Notes under the pieces: generated by a model | Told to the model about the DNA's origin: nothing | Databases searched by the model: none | The model's input: only the letters and a program-made list of their open reading frames with translations | Translations under genes and position numbers: made by a program | Shown here: piece after piece, positions 29,649 through 41,151 of the stretch | Numbering within the stretch: position 1 is the first letter of the stretch | Layout of the letters: each line of letters starts with the position of its first letter | From: Candidatus Peregrinibacteria bacterium | GTDB taxonomy: Bacteria > Patescibacteriota > Gracilibacteria > UBA1369 > UBA12463 | Reading direction: 5' to 3' | DNA: 64,000 bases | Assembly: GCA_037447365.1 (NCBI GenBank) | Contig: JBBIGU010000001.1 | Span: 9,670-73,669 of the forward strand

Positions 29649-31175
29649 ATGAGTACATTATCATTGTTGCTTGGAGTCATCGGCCTTGCCATTGGAGCTG
29701 CCGCTGGTTACAGTATTCGAAAAGTTTTTCTTAGTAAGCGAGATCGTGAAGTTATGGAGCAGACTCAACGCCTTGTTGATGAAGCTCATTTGAAGGCGAA
29801 AGAGATGGTTATGGAGGCGAAAAATGAGTCTCTCAAAATGCAGGAGGAGCTTAAGCGCGAGGAGCGATCGAAGCATGAGCAGCTTGAAAAAATGGAAGAG
29901 CGTCTTACTAAAAAAGAAGAAATGCTCGATAAGAAGCTCGATGAGTCTGAAAAAATGAAGACTGATCTCGAACACAAGGCTCAATCAGTCAAGACACTTC
30001 GTGAAGAGATCGAGAAGATGTATAACGCCCAGGCAACACAGCTTCAAAAGATTGCAGCACTTACTCCGGAGCAGGCAAAAGAAATTCTCCTTAAGCAGGT
30101 TGAAGAAGAGGCAAAAGGTGATCTTTTGGCTCAGATGGAAAAGGCCGAAAAAGAACTTAAAGAAAAAGCAGGCGAGAGGGCACGTTACATGATTGCTGAT
30201 GCGATTCAGCGCGTGGCTGCCGATGTGACTGCTGAGTCTACGGTGACGATCGTGAACTTGCCGTCAGACGATCTCAAGGGTCGAATTATCGGACGTGAAG
30301 GACGAAATATTAATACATTTGAACAGATTACAGGAATCGATGTTATCGTTGACGATACGCCAGGTTCGATTGTGATTAGTGGTTTTGACATGATTCGACG
30401 ATACATTGCGAAGATGACATTGGAGCGACTCATTGTTGATGGTCGTATTCATCCAGCTCGCATCGAAGAAACCTATGAAAAAGTAAAAGAAGACGTCAAT
30501 AATATTATCAAAGAACTTGGTGAGAAGGCGGTCTTCGAGACTGGTGTCACAGGTCTTCATCCAAACTTGGTGAAGTTGCTCGGACGACTTAAGTTCCGAA
30601 TTAGTTACGGACAAAATGTGCTCAAGCACTCTATGGAAGTTGCTGTTCTTGCTGGCGCGCTCGCTGCGGAACTTGGTGCTGATGTGAATGTTTGTAAAAA
30701 GGCGGGTCTGCTCCATGATATTGGAAAGGCTGTTGATCATGAGATTCAGGGAAATCATGTGAAGATTGGGGCCGAGATCGCGAAGAAGTTCGGTCTTACT
30801 CCTGATGTGATTCACGCGATCGAGGCGCATGACGGAGAGATTGAGCCAAAGACTGTTGAGGCCATGCTTGTTGAGGCAGCAAATCTTATTAGTAATGCTC
30901 GACCAGGTGCATCGAAAGAAAATCTCGACACCTTTATCCGACGCATGCAGGAACTTGAAAATCTCTGTATGTCATTTGGCGGCGTGAAGAAGGCCTATGC
31001 TCTTCAGGCTGGTAATGAAGTTCGTATCTTCGTGAATGCTGACGATCTCGATGACTTGGGCAGCAAACGCTTGTCACACGATGTCGCACGCAAGATCGAA
31101 CGTGACTTCCAGCACCCAAATCCAATCAAGGTCAACGTCATCCGCGAGATCCGACGGGATGCTACGGCGGATTAA
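29649..31175 (+). CDS. rny: ribonuclease Y
   Basis: An N-terminal TM helix, a long K/E coiled coil, a KH domain (LKGRIIGREGRNI) and an HD domain (VLKHSMEVA ... LLHDIGKA). Confidence 0.93.
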   Translation: MSTLSLLLGVIGLAIGAAAGYSIRKVFLSKRDREVMEQTQRLVDEAHLKAKEMVMEAKNESLKMQEELKREERSKHEQLEKMEERLTKKEEMLDKKLDESEKMKTDLEHKAQSVKTLREEIEKMYNAQATQLQKIAALTPEQAKEILLKQVEEEAKGDLLAQMEKAEKELKEKAGERARYMIADAIQRVAADVTAESTVTIVNLPSDDLKGRIIGREGRNINTFEQITGIDVIVDDTPGSIVISGFDMIRRYIAKMTLERLIVDGRIHPARIEETYEKVKEDVNNIIKELGEKAVFETGVTGLHPNLVKLLGRLKFRISYGQNVLKHSMEVAVLAGALAAELGADVNVCKKAGLLHDIGKAVDHEIQGNHVKIGAEIAKKFGLTPDVIHAIEAHDGEIEPKTVEAMLVEAANLISNARPGASKENLDTFIRRMQELENLCMSFGGVKKAYALQAGNEVRIFVNADDLDDLGSKRLSHDVARKIERDFQHPNPIKVNVIREIRRDATAD

Positions 31176-31199
31176 TAATGAGTAATTTTAACTATTTCT

Positions 31200-32063
31200 A
31201 TGATGTACTTTAACCGGGGCTTGTATTTCATGATAATGTCCTCGGTTCAGAAAAAAATGAATAGTAAGGGCCAAAAGTTGTCCCAGGAAGAAGTTGATGA
31301 AAGACTAAAAGAGAAGTTTCCAAAAAGATACACCTACCTCTACTCATTTGTAGTGATTTTGTTCATTGTGGGCGTTCTCGCTGGCTTATTTGTTTTTTTA
31401 TTTGGCCTCATTGGTCTGCAGAGTAAAATATATAGCCCTCATGATGCCTGGTTATTCGCCTCTACAGGTCTTTCAAGCGGCATTTTCGGTGCCATGAGTC
31501 TTATTTTTGCAATCATAATGAGTGCACTCATTTTTTTTGGAATAGCCCCCTACTTCTTATTCATTTTCATTCCGAGATTTAAGCGTTTCCTTGAAATGAT
31601 GAGCCTTAAGCAAGGTTGGCGCAGTATTTTTTCATTTCAAATGCAGATGTTTCTTATGTTAAAAATACTATTCGTAATTTGTATCGTTGCTACTCCTCTT
31701 TTGTTTCTTTCGCTTAATAATTACAGCTATGTAACTCAGAATGGAGCTTGTCTTAATACATTTTTTAATTTTCATGAACGGTGTTATTCATGGAAAGAGA
31801 TATCAAAGGTTTCAATTGCTGGCCATATGCGCTCGAGGACTAATTTATATCTAGCTTATGTTTTGCACTTTGATGATGGAGAGAAGGTTGATCTTTGGAA
31901 TACGAGCGATTTTCTCGATAAAATTACGAAGATTGATCAGACGTTGGTTTTATATAATATTCCATTTGAGGTTGAGTCAGTGGATGAAGTGGCACGTCAA
32001 AAGATTAATGATCGATTTTCTGGAAAGTATCTGCAAGTTATTAGAAAAATTCTAAGAATCTGA
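31200..32063 (+). CDS. hypothetical polytopic membrane protein
   Basis: 287 aa with four or more hydrophobic segments. No recognised family, and the start is uncertain. Confidence 0.55.
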   Translation: MMYFNRGLYFMIMSSVQKKMNSKGQKLSQEEVDERLKEKFPKRYTYLYSFVVILFIVGVLAGLFVFLFGLIGLQSKIYSPHDAWLFASTGLSSGIFGAMSLIFAIIMSALIFFGIAPYFLFIFIPRFKRFLEMMSLKQGWRSIFSFQMQMFLMLKILFVICIVATPLLFLSLNNYSYVTQNGACLNTFFNFHERCYSWKEISKVSIAGHMRSRTNLYLAYVLHFDDGEKVDLWNTSDFLDKITKIDQTLVLYNIPFEVESVDEVARQKINDRFSGKYLQVIRKILRI

Positions 32064-32077
32064 TATAATGTTTTCCT

Positions 32078-32818
32078 ATGCGAGCTCTCTTTCTTGATAC
32101 TGAGACGACTGATATTGGAGCTGATGCTCGACTGGTTCAGCTTGCCTATAAAAATGCGCTTACTGGAGAAGAGGTGAGTGCTTATTTCAAGCCACCTGTT
32201 GAGATTTCGTATGGCTCGATGGCGGTGCATCATATTACCAACGAGATGGTTGCTGATAAGCCGGTCTTTGCTGGAAGTCAGGAGCAGATCGCGTTAGTTG
32301 CCTTACTGGCAGATACGATTTGTGTTGCGCATAATGCGCCTTTTGATGTTGGTATTTTGAAAAACGAAGGCGTGGACATCACGACGTATATCGATACTCT
32401 TCGTGTCGCGAAACATTTGATTGTCAGTGAGCAGTACAATTTGCAGTATCTCCGATATTTTTTGCATCTGAATACGACTGAAGTTCGTGCGCACGATGCG
32501 GTAGGGGATGTGCTTGTCCTTGAGGCGTTATTTTATCACTTGGTTGATGTTGTTCGTGAAAAGTTTGGTTGCGAGACAGATGATGATGTTATTTCAAAAA
32601 TGCTCGAGTTGACCTATGTTCCGGTTCCTTTGAATGTTTTTACCTTTGGCAAGTACAAGGGCAAAACGTTCGATGAGGTTCGCGGAATGGACAGGGGATA
32701 CATTACCTGGCTTCATACGAGTGAGTCGCAAAAACCTGCGAGCGAGCAGAATGAAGATTTGATGTATACGCTCCAGTTGTGTATCGGTGGCAAGTTGAAT
32801 ACGCCGACGCTTTTGTAG
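32078..32818 (+). CDS. DEDDh 3'-5' exonuclease domain protein with a DUF3820-like C-terminus
   Basis: Exo I (FLDTETTD), Exo II (HNAPFDVGIL) and Exo III (HDAVGDVLVLEAL), followed by FTFGKYKGKTFDEV ... YITWL. Confidence 0.8.
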   Translation: MRALFLDTETTDIGADARLVQLAYKNALTGEEVSAYFKPPVEISYGSMAVHHITNEMVADKPVFAGSQEQIALVALLADTICVAHNAPFDVGILKNEGVDITTYIDTLRVAKHLIVSEQYNLQYLRYFLHLNTTEVRAHDAVGDVLVLEALFYHLVDVVREKFGCETDDDVISKMLELTYVPVPLNVFTFGKYKGKTFDEVRGMDRGYITWLHTSESQKPASEQNEDLMYTLQLCIGGKLNTPTLL

Positions 32819-32851
32819 CTATTTAGCTTTATTTTTACGCCGTTTTTCCTC

Positions 32852-32880
32852 TTGAAAGTAATGTATTAGCACTCTAAAAT
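32852..32880 (+). promoter_or_regulatory. sigma-70-like promoter of groES-groEL
   Basis: TTGAAA - 17 nt - TAAAAT. The -10 lies inside the CIRCE spacer. Confidence 0.5.
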
Positions 32881-32892
32881 ATCAAGTGCTAA
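32866..32892 (+). promoter_or_regulatory. CIRCE operator of groES-groEL
   Basis: TTAGCACTC-N9-AAGTGCTAA (17 of 18 consensus positions), 37 nt upstream of the groES ATG. Confidence 0.85.
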
Positions 32893-32928
32893 TTTTAGCA
32901 TTTTCTTATATTCCTAAATTCTTATTTT

Positions 32929-33225
32929 ATGAGCATTACACTCAAACCAACCGACGATCACATCGTCGTAAAGGCTGAGGAGCAGGAGACGCAGACTCAG
33001 TCCGGACTGTATATTCCATCAACTGTTTCTAAAGAGCGTCCGCAGATGGGCGAGGTCGTGGCCGTTGGTCCTGGAAAAATGACCGATGATGGCAAGCGCC
33101 TTGCGATGGATGTAAAAGTAGGGGATACAATTCTCTTTTCGAAATACGGTCCAAGTGAGGTGAAGATCGATGGTAAAGATCTTCTTATTCTCAATCAGAG
33201 TGACGTTTTGGCGATCGTTCAATAA
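32929..33225 (+). CDS. groES: co-chaperonin GroES
   Basis: 98 aa (LKPTDDHIVVK ... GEVVAVGPG ... VGDTILFSKYG), directly upstream of groEL. Confidence 0.95.
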   Translation: MSITLKPTDDHIVVKAEEQETQTQSGLYIPSTVSKERPQMGEVVAVGPGKMTDDGKRLAMDVKVGDTILFSKYGPSEVKIDGKDLLILNQSDVLAIVQ

Positions 33226-35354
<2,129 letters not shown>

Positions 35355-35503
35355 GTCTACAAATTTAAAAAATAATAAATATCTGTACGAATTTGATTAT
35401 ACCCGATCTAGTTATTTTGTATATGGCAGTGCCCCGTCTGCTTCATTGACACGCGAATACTGCGTGATACCATGAGTGACGTTGTATTTTAATTATTAGA
35501 ATT

Positions 35504-36514
35504 ATGAATTCTCCACGCAGAGCCCTGACAGTTGCCCTTATTGCCGCTCTTGCTCTTTCTTCTGGATGCGCTTGGTTTGCTCCAAAACCACCAAAAGAGG
35601 CAAAAGATATGGTTCAGACTGCTCTTACTAATTTCTTCACACAGTCATCGCACAGCCATACAGGTACGTTTGAACTTAATATGTTAGGTAAGGATACAAC
35701 AGGAAAGGCGCAGAACGTTACTCTTCGTATGAGCCTTACTGGTAGTGAAAACAAACCATTCCAGGGTGGTACAGGATTTACTGAAAATATTGGTATCAAT
35801 GCAAAGGTTGATCAGGATACGTATGCTACTAATCTTGAAATTCGAAATAAAGAAAATAATTTCTTTGTGAATATTGCTAATTTAACAGGTCCAGAGTCTC
35901 AAATTCCAAAAGATCAGGTTAGCGCTCTTCTTGCTAAGTGGTGGAAAATTCCACTTCCTGGTGATGTGTATGCCAAACTTGCTGATCAGGGAGCCCAGTC
36001 ATATATGAGCCAGATCCAAAATAACTGGCTTGCTGCTTCTAACTATCTCAAGCGCCTTGATTATGATGGTACTGATACAATCAATGGTCTCAAGAGTTAT
36101 CACTATACAGGCGAGGTTGATGTTGGAAAGTTGCAGGCATTCTTCGAAGGGTTCTTCAAGAGTCAGGGTGCTGAAATGACGTCTGATGACCTCAAGAGCC
36201 TTCAGGAAATTTTTAATAGCTCTAAGGCGACGGTTGATTTTTGGATTTCAATGGATACGCTCGTCCTTGATCGCGTAAAAATTACTGCTCGAATTGATAA
36301 AATTACTGGTGATGATGGCAAGACCGCAGGAAAGGCCGATGCTACCTTTGATCTCTCATACTCAGACTTCGGTAAACCGGTTGTGATTGAAGAGCCAGCT
36401 GGTTCTACAGAATTTAATTTGTTTGGACTGTTCGGTGATGGAGATGAAGTTCCTCTCGAGGAAAGTGTTCCAGCTCCTGTTAAGACACCAGCTAAAACTC
36501 CAGCGAAGAAGTAG
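35504..36514 (+). CDS. putative lipoprotein
   Basis: Signal peptide with a lipobox (ALALSSGC), and a PAKTPAKK tail. No recognised domain. Confidence 0.65.
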   Translation: MNSPRRALTVALIAALALSSGCAWFAPKPPKEAKDMVQTALTNFFTQSSHSHTGTFELNMLGKDTTGKAQNVTLRMSLTGSENKPFQGGTGFTENIGINAKVDQDTYATNLEIRNKENNFFVNIANLTGPESQIPKDQVSALLAKWWKIPLPGDVYAKLADQGAQSYMSQIQNNWLAASNYLKRLDYDGTDTINGLKSYHYTGEVDVGKLQAFFEGFFKSQGAEMTSDDLKSLQEIFNSSKATVDFWISMDTLVLDRVKITARIDKITGDDGKTAGKADATFDLSYSDFGKPVVIEEPAGSTEFNLFGLFGDGDEVPLEESVPAPVKTPAKTPAKK

Positions 36515-36535
36515 GTTATTGTTTCATATCGAATG

Positions 36536-36563
36536 AAAAGAGAGGTGGAATATCCTCTCTTTT
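36536..36563. terminator. bidirectional intrinsic terminator between convergent genes
   Basis: AAAAGAGAGG-tggaatat-CCTCTCTTTT: a 10 bp stem flanked by an A-run and a T-run, between the stops at 36514 (+) and 36564 (-). Confidence 0.7.
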
Positions 36564-36923
36564 TTATTTGGTATTTTCTAATTTGATCAGTGCCTCTTTG
36601 AGGTTCTGTATTTGCTGATTAATTTTCGTTCGACGATTGTGGAGAAATTTCAGAAAGGTGCTTGGGTGAATGGCTTCATATCGGAGTTGATATATTTGGT
36701 TTTGGCGATGTTCTTCTTTGAGTTGCCTGAGGGCTCCACGCTTCAATAAACCAACAATGATGTTGTAGGTACTTGAACGTGGGAGCTTTATGATTTTTGC
36801 GATGTTTGTTATGAAACTCGGCCCCATCTTGAGTATCGTGATATATACGACGGATTCTTTCTCGCGAAATCCGATGTTTTTGAGAAGTTCTATGAGGTGA
36901 TGGAATGTTCCTGGATTGATCAT
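36564..36923 (-). CDS. TrmB-like winged helix-turn-helix transcriptional regulator
   Basis: FREKESVVYITILKMGPSFITNIAKIIKLPRSSTYNIIVGLLKRGAL resembles the TrmB N-terminal HTH. Confidence 0.55.
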   Translation of the reverse strand: MINPGTFHHLIELLKNIGFREKESVVYITILKMGPSFITNIAKIIKLPRSSTYNIIVGLLKRGALRQLKEEHRQNQIYQLRYEAIHPSTFLKFLHNRRTKINQQIQNLKEALIKLENTK

Positions 36924-37068
36924 GTGTGTATTTTTTCAGCGATGGGTTTGTGGTGACAAGCATTTTCTGTTGTTGATAATTGGCAATTTTTTAGCTGGCT
37001 TCTGTTGATGATTGTTGACAGCGGGTAGCTATGGATAGCCATGGGTAACCACTGATACGATACTTGGC

Positions 37069-38496
37069 ATGATCTTTGCGTATCTCGAGGTATTTTTGTT
37101 GGCTTTTTTGAGTGGCATTATTGGCGGCTCTTTTGGTTGGATTACTGGTGGAATTGTTGTAGTGAGTAGTTATTGTTTCTTTTGGTATCGAAGTAGAAGG
37201 CGATTAACATGGCTTGTTGCCCTGATTATTTGTTCGATGGTTCTTCTTGGATATGGAAGGTTGTATGTGGCGCAGCAAGGGAGAGAGAGTTTTTCTCGGT
37301 TTCTTGTTTCTTCTGGGGAGATAGGACAAGTGCCAATGACATTTTCTGGTGTGATCGACTCCGATCCAGCCGAAACAGAAAAAGGGAGTATGGCATATGT
37401 GAATGTTGGGATGGGGGTGATTCGTGTCGGGTTGCCGAGATATCCATTATTGTGGCGAGGACAGTTGGTAACGGTTCGCGGGAAGGTTGCGCTGGCTCGT
37501 GATGGCACGACGTGGGCCATGCCAGAGGCGATAGCGGTTCGAGTCGAAGATCCCCATGGAATTACAGGATTCGTATTTCACGCGCGACGTGAGGTGATTA
37601 CACGTATGGGAAAGTTGTTTCCCGGAAGTAGTGGAGGGTTTCTCGTCGGAGTATTGGCGGGTGGAAGTCGCGGGATGAGCCGGTCGGTTATCGATGATGT
37701 TCGCGCGACCGGTTTGACCCATGTGATTGCGGTTTCTGGGTATAATGTCACGATTGTTTTAAGTCTTATTATTGGGGCGTTTGCCTACCTTCCCAGACGG
37801 TGGAAAGCGTTGCCGGTTGGTGTGTTTTTGGTTTTATTTGTGCTGTTTGTTGGTTTAAGTGCCTCGGCTCTTCGTGCAGCCATTATGGGTTTTCTTTCTG
37901 TGTATGCCCTGGCGGTTGGACGTAAGCGTGGTCTTTTTTTGGCGCTCCTTTGGAGCGCCATCTTCATGCTTCTCTGGAAACCCTTCATGCTCGTTGAAGA
38001 CAGGGGATTCCAACTTTCCTTTCTCGCAACGATCGGCGTCTGTTATATTGCTCCGATTATGACTTCGCGCATTCCTTCCGCTTTTTCTCCGTGGATTCGT
38101 GAGTTTCTCCTGGAGCCATTTCTTATGACGTTTGCTGTCTATCTTGCAACACTTCCAGTGCTCTTTTCTTTTGAGCAGTTTTCTTTGATCGGACTTGTTA
38201 CGAATATTATTTTTGTGCCTTTTATCCCGTATTGCATGATACTCGCATCCCTTGTTTTGACCTTAAGCTTCATATATTTCCCCTTTGCTCTTTTTCTTGG
38301 CCACCTTGGAACAATACTCATTGATGTGTATTTTTTTCTTATTCATCAGTTTGCCATACTACCGTTTTCGAATATTCAGGTACCGCAAATGGCTCGTAGT
38401 TTTGTGATGAGCTACTATCATATTTTGTGTGCGACGGTTTTCCGTATGACTGCATCGCGTTCTACGAACATTACAAAAACTACGCAACGTTCTTGA
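37069..38496 (+). CDS. comEC: ComEC/Rec2 family competence protein (channel core only)
   Basis: Polytopic, with the ATGLTHVIAVSGYNVTIV competence-domain motif. At 475 aa it has no C-terminal metallo-beta-lactamase domain. Confidence 0.8.
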   Translation: MIFAYLEVFLLAFLSGIIGGSFGWITGGIVVVSSYCFFWYRSRRRLTWLVALIICSMVLLGYGRLYVAQQGRESFSRFLVSSGEIGQVPMTFSGVIDSDPAETEKGSMAYVNVGMGVIRVGLPRYPLLWRGQLVTVRGKVALARDGTTWAMPEAIAVRVEDPHGITGFVFHARREVITRMGKLFPGSSGGFLVGVLAGGSRGMSRSVIDDVRATGLTHVIAVSGYNVTIVLSLIIGAFAYLPRRWKALPVGVFLVLFVLFVGLSASALRAAIMGFLSVYALAVGRKRGLFLALLWSAIFMLLWKPFMLVEDRGFQLSFLATIGVCYIAPIMTSRIPSAFSPWIREFLLEPFLMTFAVYLATLPVLFSFEQFSLIGLVTNIIFVPFIPYCMILASLVLTLSFIYFPFALFLGHLGTILIDVYFFLIHQFAILPFSNIQVPQMARSFVMSYYHILCATVFRMTASRSTNITKTTQRS

Positions 38497-41020
38497 AGTC
38501 ATCGAACTCGTCGATAGCTTTCATCATCTCATCGACAACCTCGTCGCTCGGAGTTCCTGTGATCTGACCATCGGTTCCCATGCTGAGAATTTTTGCCGCA
38601 AATGCTGTGGCCTTTCGGCGCTTGTACTGCATAAGTTCTTCGCCCTTCATTTCTTTTCCAGTGTGATCTCGAACGCCATACTGACCAAGTCGTGCTGGTG
38701 AGTCGGTAAACTGTTCTCCATCTTTTTTGAAGCGCTTTCGGTGTTCACGAATATCAACTAGTTTCTTGTTTCGGAAGATGTCAGTTTCATCGAAAATCTG
38801 CATGTCTTTCACCTTTCCAGTCTCTCGATCGAGCATCTGTTCACCATCGCTATACTCAAATAATTCTCCGGAAAGTTCTCCAAACTCAGTGTTGTCGTTG
38901 CTTGCGACACGTGCCTCCATGCCTTGTTTCTTTGTGTGAAGTTCATGCGCATGCGCGCGATCTGCAATCTCAAACAAAAGGTGATTTGCTTGAATCTCTT
39001 CCTCCATTCCTGCCTGATCTTTGACGTGCGAAAGAAGATCTCCAATAAACTGACTATCTGGATTTTCGAGCATTCGAAGCTCTTCGAGACGTTCCATGTT
39101 GGCTTCGTCATCTGGATTGAGTCTTGCGATTTTTTCTCGAATTTCAAGCTCTGCTTGCTGATTTTTCTTTTCACGGAACTCATTTGCCATGTTGAGATAG
39201 GCGTTGAGTTTTGTCTGTTTCTGGAGATTTTTCGTGAGCTCTGTTGCTGCCTCCATACTAGAAAGCGTTCGTTCAAGTTCTGCACCGCCGTCTGGAAGAA
39301 GTGTCTTGAGCATCTCGATACGACCGGTCAAATCTTCTTTATAAAAAGTTGCCTCGTGTGTTTTTCTCACGTCATCAGGCAGTTCGCCGAATACCTCAAG
39401 AACCTTTTCACGCTGCGGATTATCCAAGTCAGAGTCTTCCATAGCTTCTTCCATTTCTTCGACATCCAAGTCCGCAAACCACTCTTCGTATGATTCGACA
39501 CTATCGGGTGAGAGGAGGTGACTTGCTACCATTTTCTTGAGTTTTTCTCCCCAAGCTTCCTTCATATCTTCGCTCTTTTCCATATTGTTTTCGATCTCTT
39601 CAACGAGTTTCGTTCGATCTCTTAAGCGCATCTCGTAGAAGTGCTCATGTTTACTTTGAACATCCTTTGGAAGTGCCTCGAATCGATCTCGAACATCTTT
39701 TCGTCGTGGGTCGTCGAGTGTCGATTTCCCGAGAACGAGTTCCTTTTCTTTGAGGTTGAGTTTCTCAAATTTCGTTTTGTATTTTCCAGCACTTTCTTTT
39801 CCGATGAGTCTTTCTTTTAGCGCAGCATCAAGCTTCTTGTTCCACTTTCCAATTTTATCCATATGCTCACCGCACTCCTTCGCGATTTTCTCTTTATCAG
39901 CATATTCTGCATTCCAAAAATCGTATTGTGCTTGAACATTTGGTGGTGTTGCTTCGTAAGCTTTTGCAAAGCCTTTGAGTGTTTTCTCCACCTCTGCAAA
40001 GCTCTTCACAAACATCTCTAACATCTCTGGTTTTTCTTCTTTTCCGATACTTGAAACGATGAAGCTTTTTTCTTTTGGACTCTGATATTTGGAACCTTGC
40101 CAGAGTGCAATAAGCGTGTCTCTTAAGCCTTTTTTCATGTTCTCGATAACTTCTTTTTTTGCCTTGAGTCCTCGTGCTTTTTTGAGATCTGCTTCATATT
40201 TTTTTTGTGTTTCTGGAGAGAACTTTTTGAAAGTATCCTGAACTGATTTGATGGAGTCTGTTTTTGCATCTTCCTCGAGTTCTGCGAGCATTTTTTTCTG
40301 TTGGTCGAGCGGTGCCTCACGGAAACGAACACTGAGCTGCTTTATTTCTTCGTCACTATAAAGGCCTGACTTCTTCAACGTCTCGGTGACTTTTGCGAAA
40401 CTTTCTACACTTGTTTTGAGCTCTTTGAGGAAGTCTTTCTTTTCGTGACGTCGGAGTTTGTTGAATTGGTCGAAGTAAGCCTTTGACTCTTTGCCATCAC
40501 CAACAACCTTGATGAGCTGATTACGCAGGTCTTGGAGCGATTTAATCTCATCACCAAGCTTTCCTGCCCATTCTTTTTTCTTGTCGACTTTCTGTTCGCG
40601 GAATTGATTCTTGTACTCTTCGAGCGTATCGACGTTACGAGACTTGTCCTTTCCAAAGAGCTCCTTGTTTTTGTCGAGACCTTGGAAGTAATCCTGCGTG
40701 AGTTGGTGTGTGAGTTTGATCGTTTCGTTGATACTCTTCTCAATCGCTGCGAGTTTTTTTGGATCTCGATCTTGGTTTGCGAGCATGAGTTTTTCTTGGA
40801 ACGCCTTTCTTTCTTCTTCGCTCAAAACGGTTCCGTTACTCATTAATTGTTTTCGAGCCGCATTATAAATACCCGTGAACTCTCGATTCTCGGCCATAAT
40901 TGTGGCTGCATCCTTTTTTCCTTTCGATACTGACTCGAGTTGCGAGTCCGCAAATTTCCGGTCGGAGTCTTCGGTATCGGTGTCGAACGCTCGTGCTGCT
41001 GATTCTGGACCTTTTGCCAT
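38480..41020 (-). CDS. large, highly charged (K/E/D-rich), internally repetitive alpha-helical protein of unknown function
   Basis: 846 aa with no TM helix or signal peptide. A recurring module is visible, e.g. LDDPRRKDVRDRFEALPKDVQSKHEHFYEMRL and LDNPQREKVLEVFGELPDDVRKTHEATFYKEDL. The 3' end overlaps comEC by 17 nt. Confidence 0.75.
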   Translation of the reverse strand: MAKGPESAARAFDTDTEDSDRKFADSQLESVSKGKKDAATIMAENREFTGIYNAARKQLMSNGTVLSEEERKAFQEKLMLANQDRDPKKLAAIEKSINETIKLTHQLTQDYFQGLDKNKELFGKDKSRNVDTLEEYKNQFREQKVDKKKEWAGKLGDEIKSLQDLRNQLIKVVGDGKESKAYFDQFNKLRRHEKKDFLKELKTSVESFAKVTETLKKSGLYSDEEIKQLSVRFREAPLDQQKKMLAELEEDAKTDSIKSVQDTFKKFSPETQKKYEADLKKARGLKAKKEVIENMKKGLRDTLIALWQGSKYQSPKEKSFIVSSIGKEEKPEMLEMFVKSFAEVEKTLKGFAKAYEATPPNVQAQYDFWNAEYADKEKIAKECGEHMDKIGKWNKKLDAALKERLIGKESAGKYKTKFEKLNLKEKELVLGKSTLDDPRRKDVRDRFEALPKDVQSKHEHFYEMRLRDRTKLVEEIENNMEKSEDMKEAWGEKLKKMVASHLLSPDSVESYEEWFADLDVEEMEEAMEDSDLDNPQREKVLEVFGELPDDVRKTHEATFYKEDLTGRIEMLKTLLPDGGAELERTLSSMEAATELTKNLQKQTKLNAYLNMANEFREKKNQQAELEIREKIARLNPDDEANMERLEELRMLENPDSQFIGDLLSHVKDQAGMEEEIQANHLLFEIADRAHAHELHTKKQGMEARVASNDNTEFGELSGELFEYSDGEQMLDRETGKVKDMQIFDETDIFRNKKLVDIREHRKRFKKDGEQFTDSPARLGQYGVRDHTGKEMKGEELMQYKRRKATAFAAKILSMGTDGQITGTPSDEVVDEMMKAIDEFDDFKNVA

Positions 41021-41038
41021 GGTAGTTGAGGAATATTA

Positions 41039-41060
41039 CTTAGGCCTTTTTAGGCCTAAG
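41039..41060 (-). terminator. hairpin between the nrdJ stop and the start of the 846-aa gene (possible terminator or RNA stabiliser)
   Basis: CTTAGGCCT-tttt-AGGCCTAAG: a perfect 9 bp stem. No clear U-tract follows on the minus strand, so the function is uncertain. Confidence 0.3.
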
Positions 41061-41151
41061 GTTTGGTATTGTATCATGTTTTATCGAGAATGCAAGGCAG
41101 AATAAAGCAGACATGGGGGCGGGCTACGCACGCTCACTATGTTCGCGTGTG

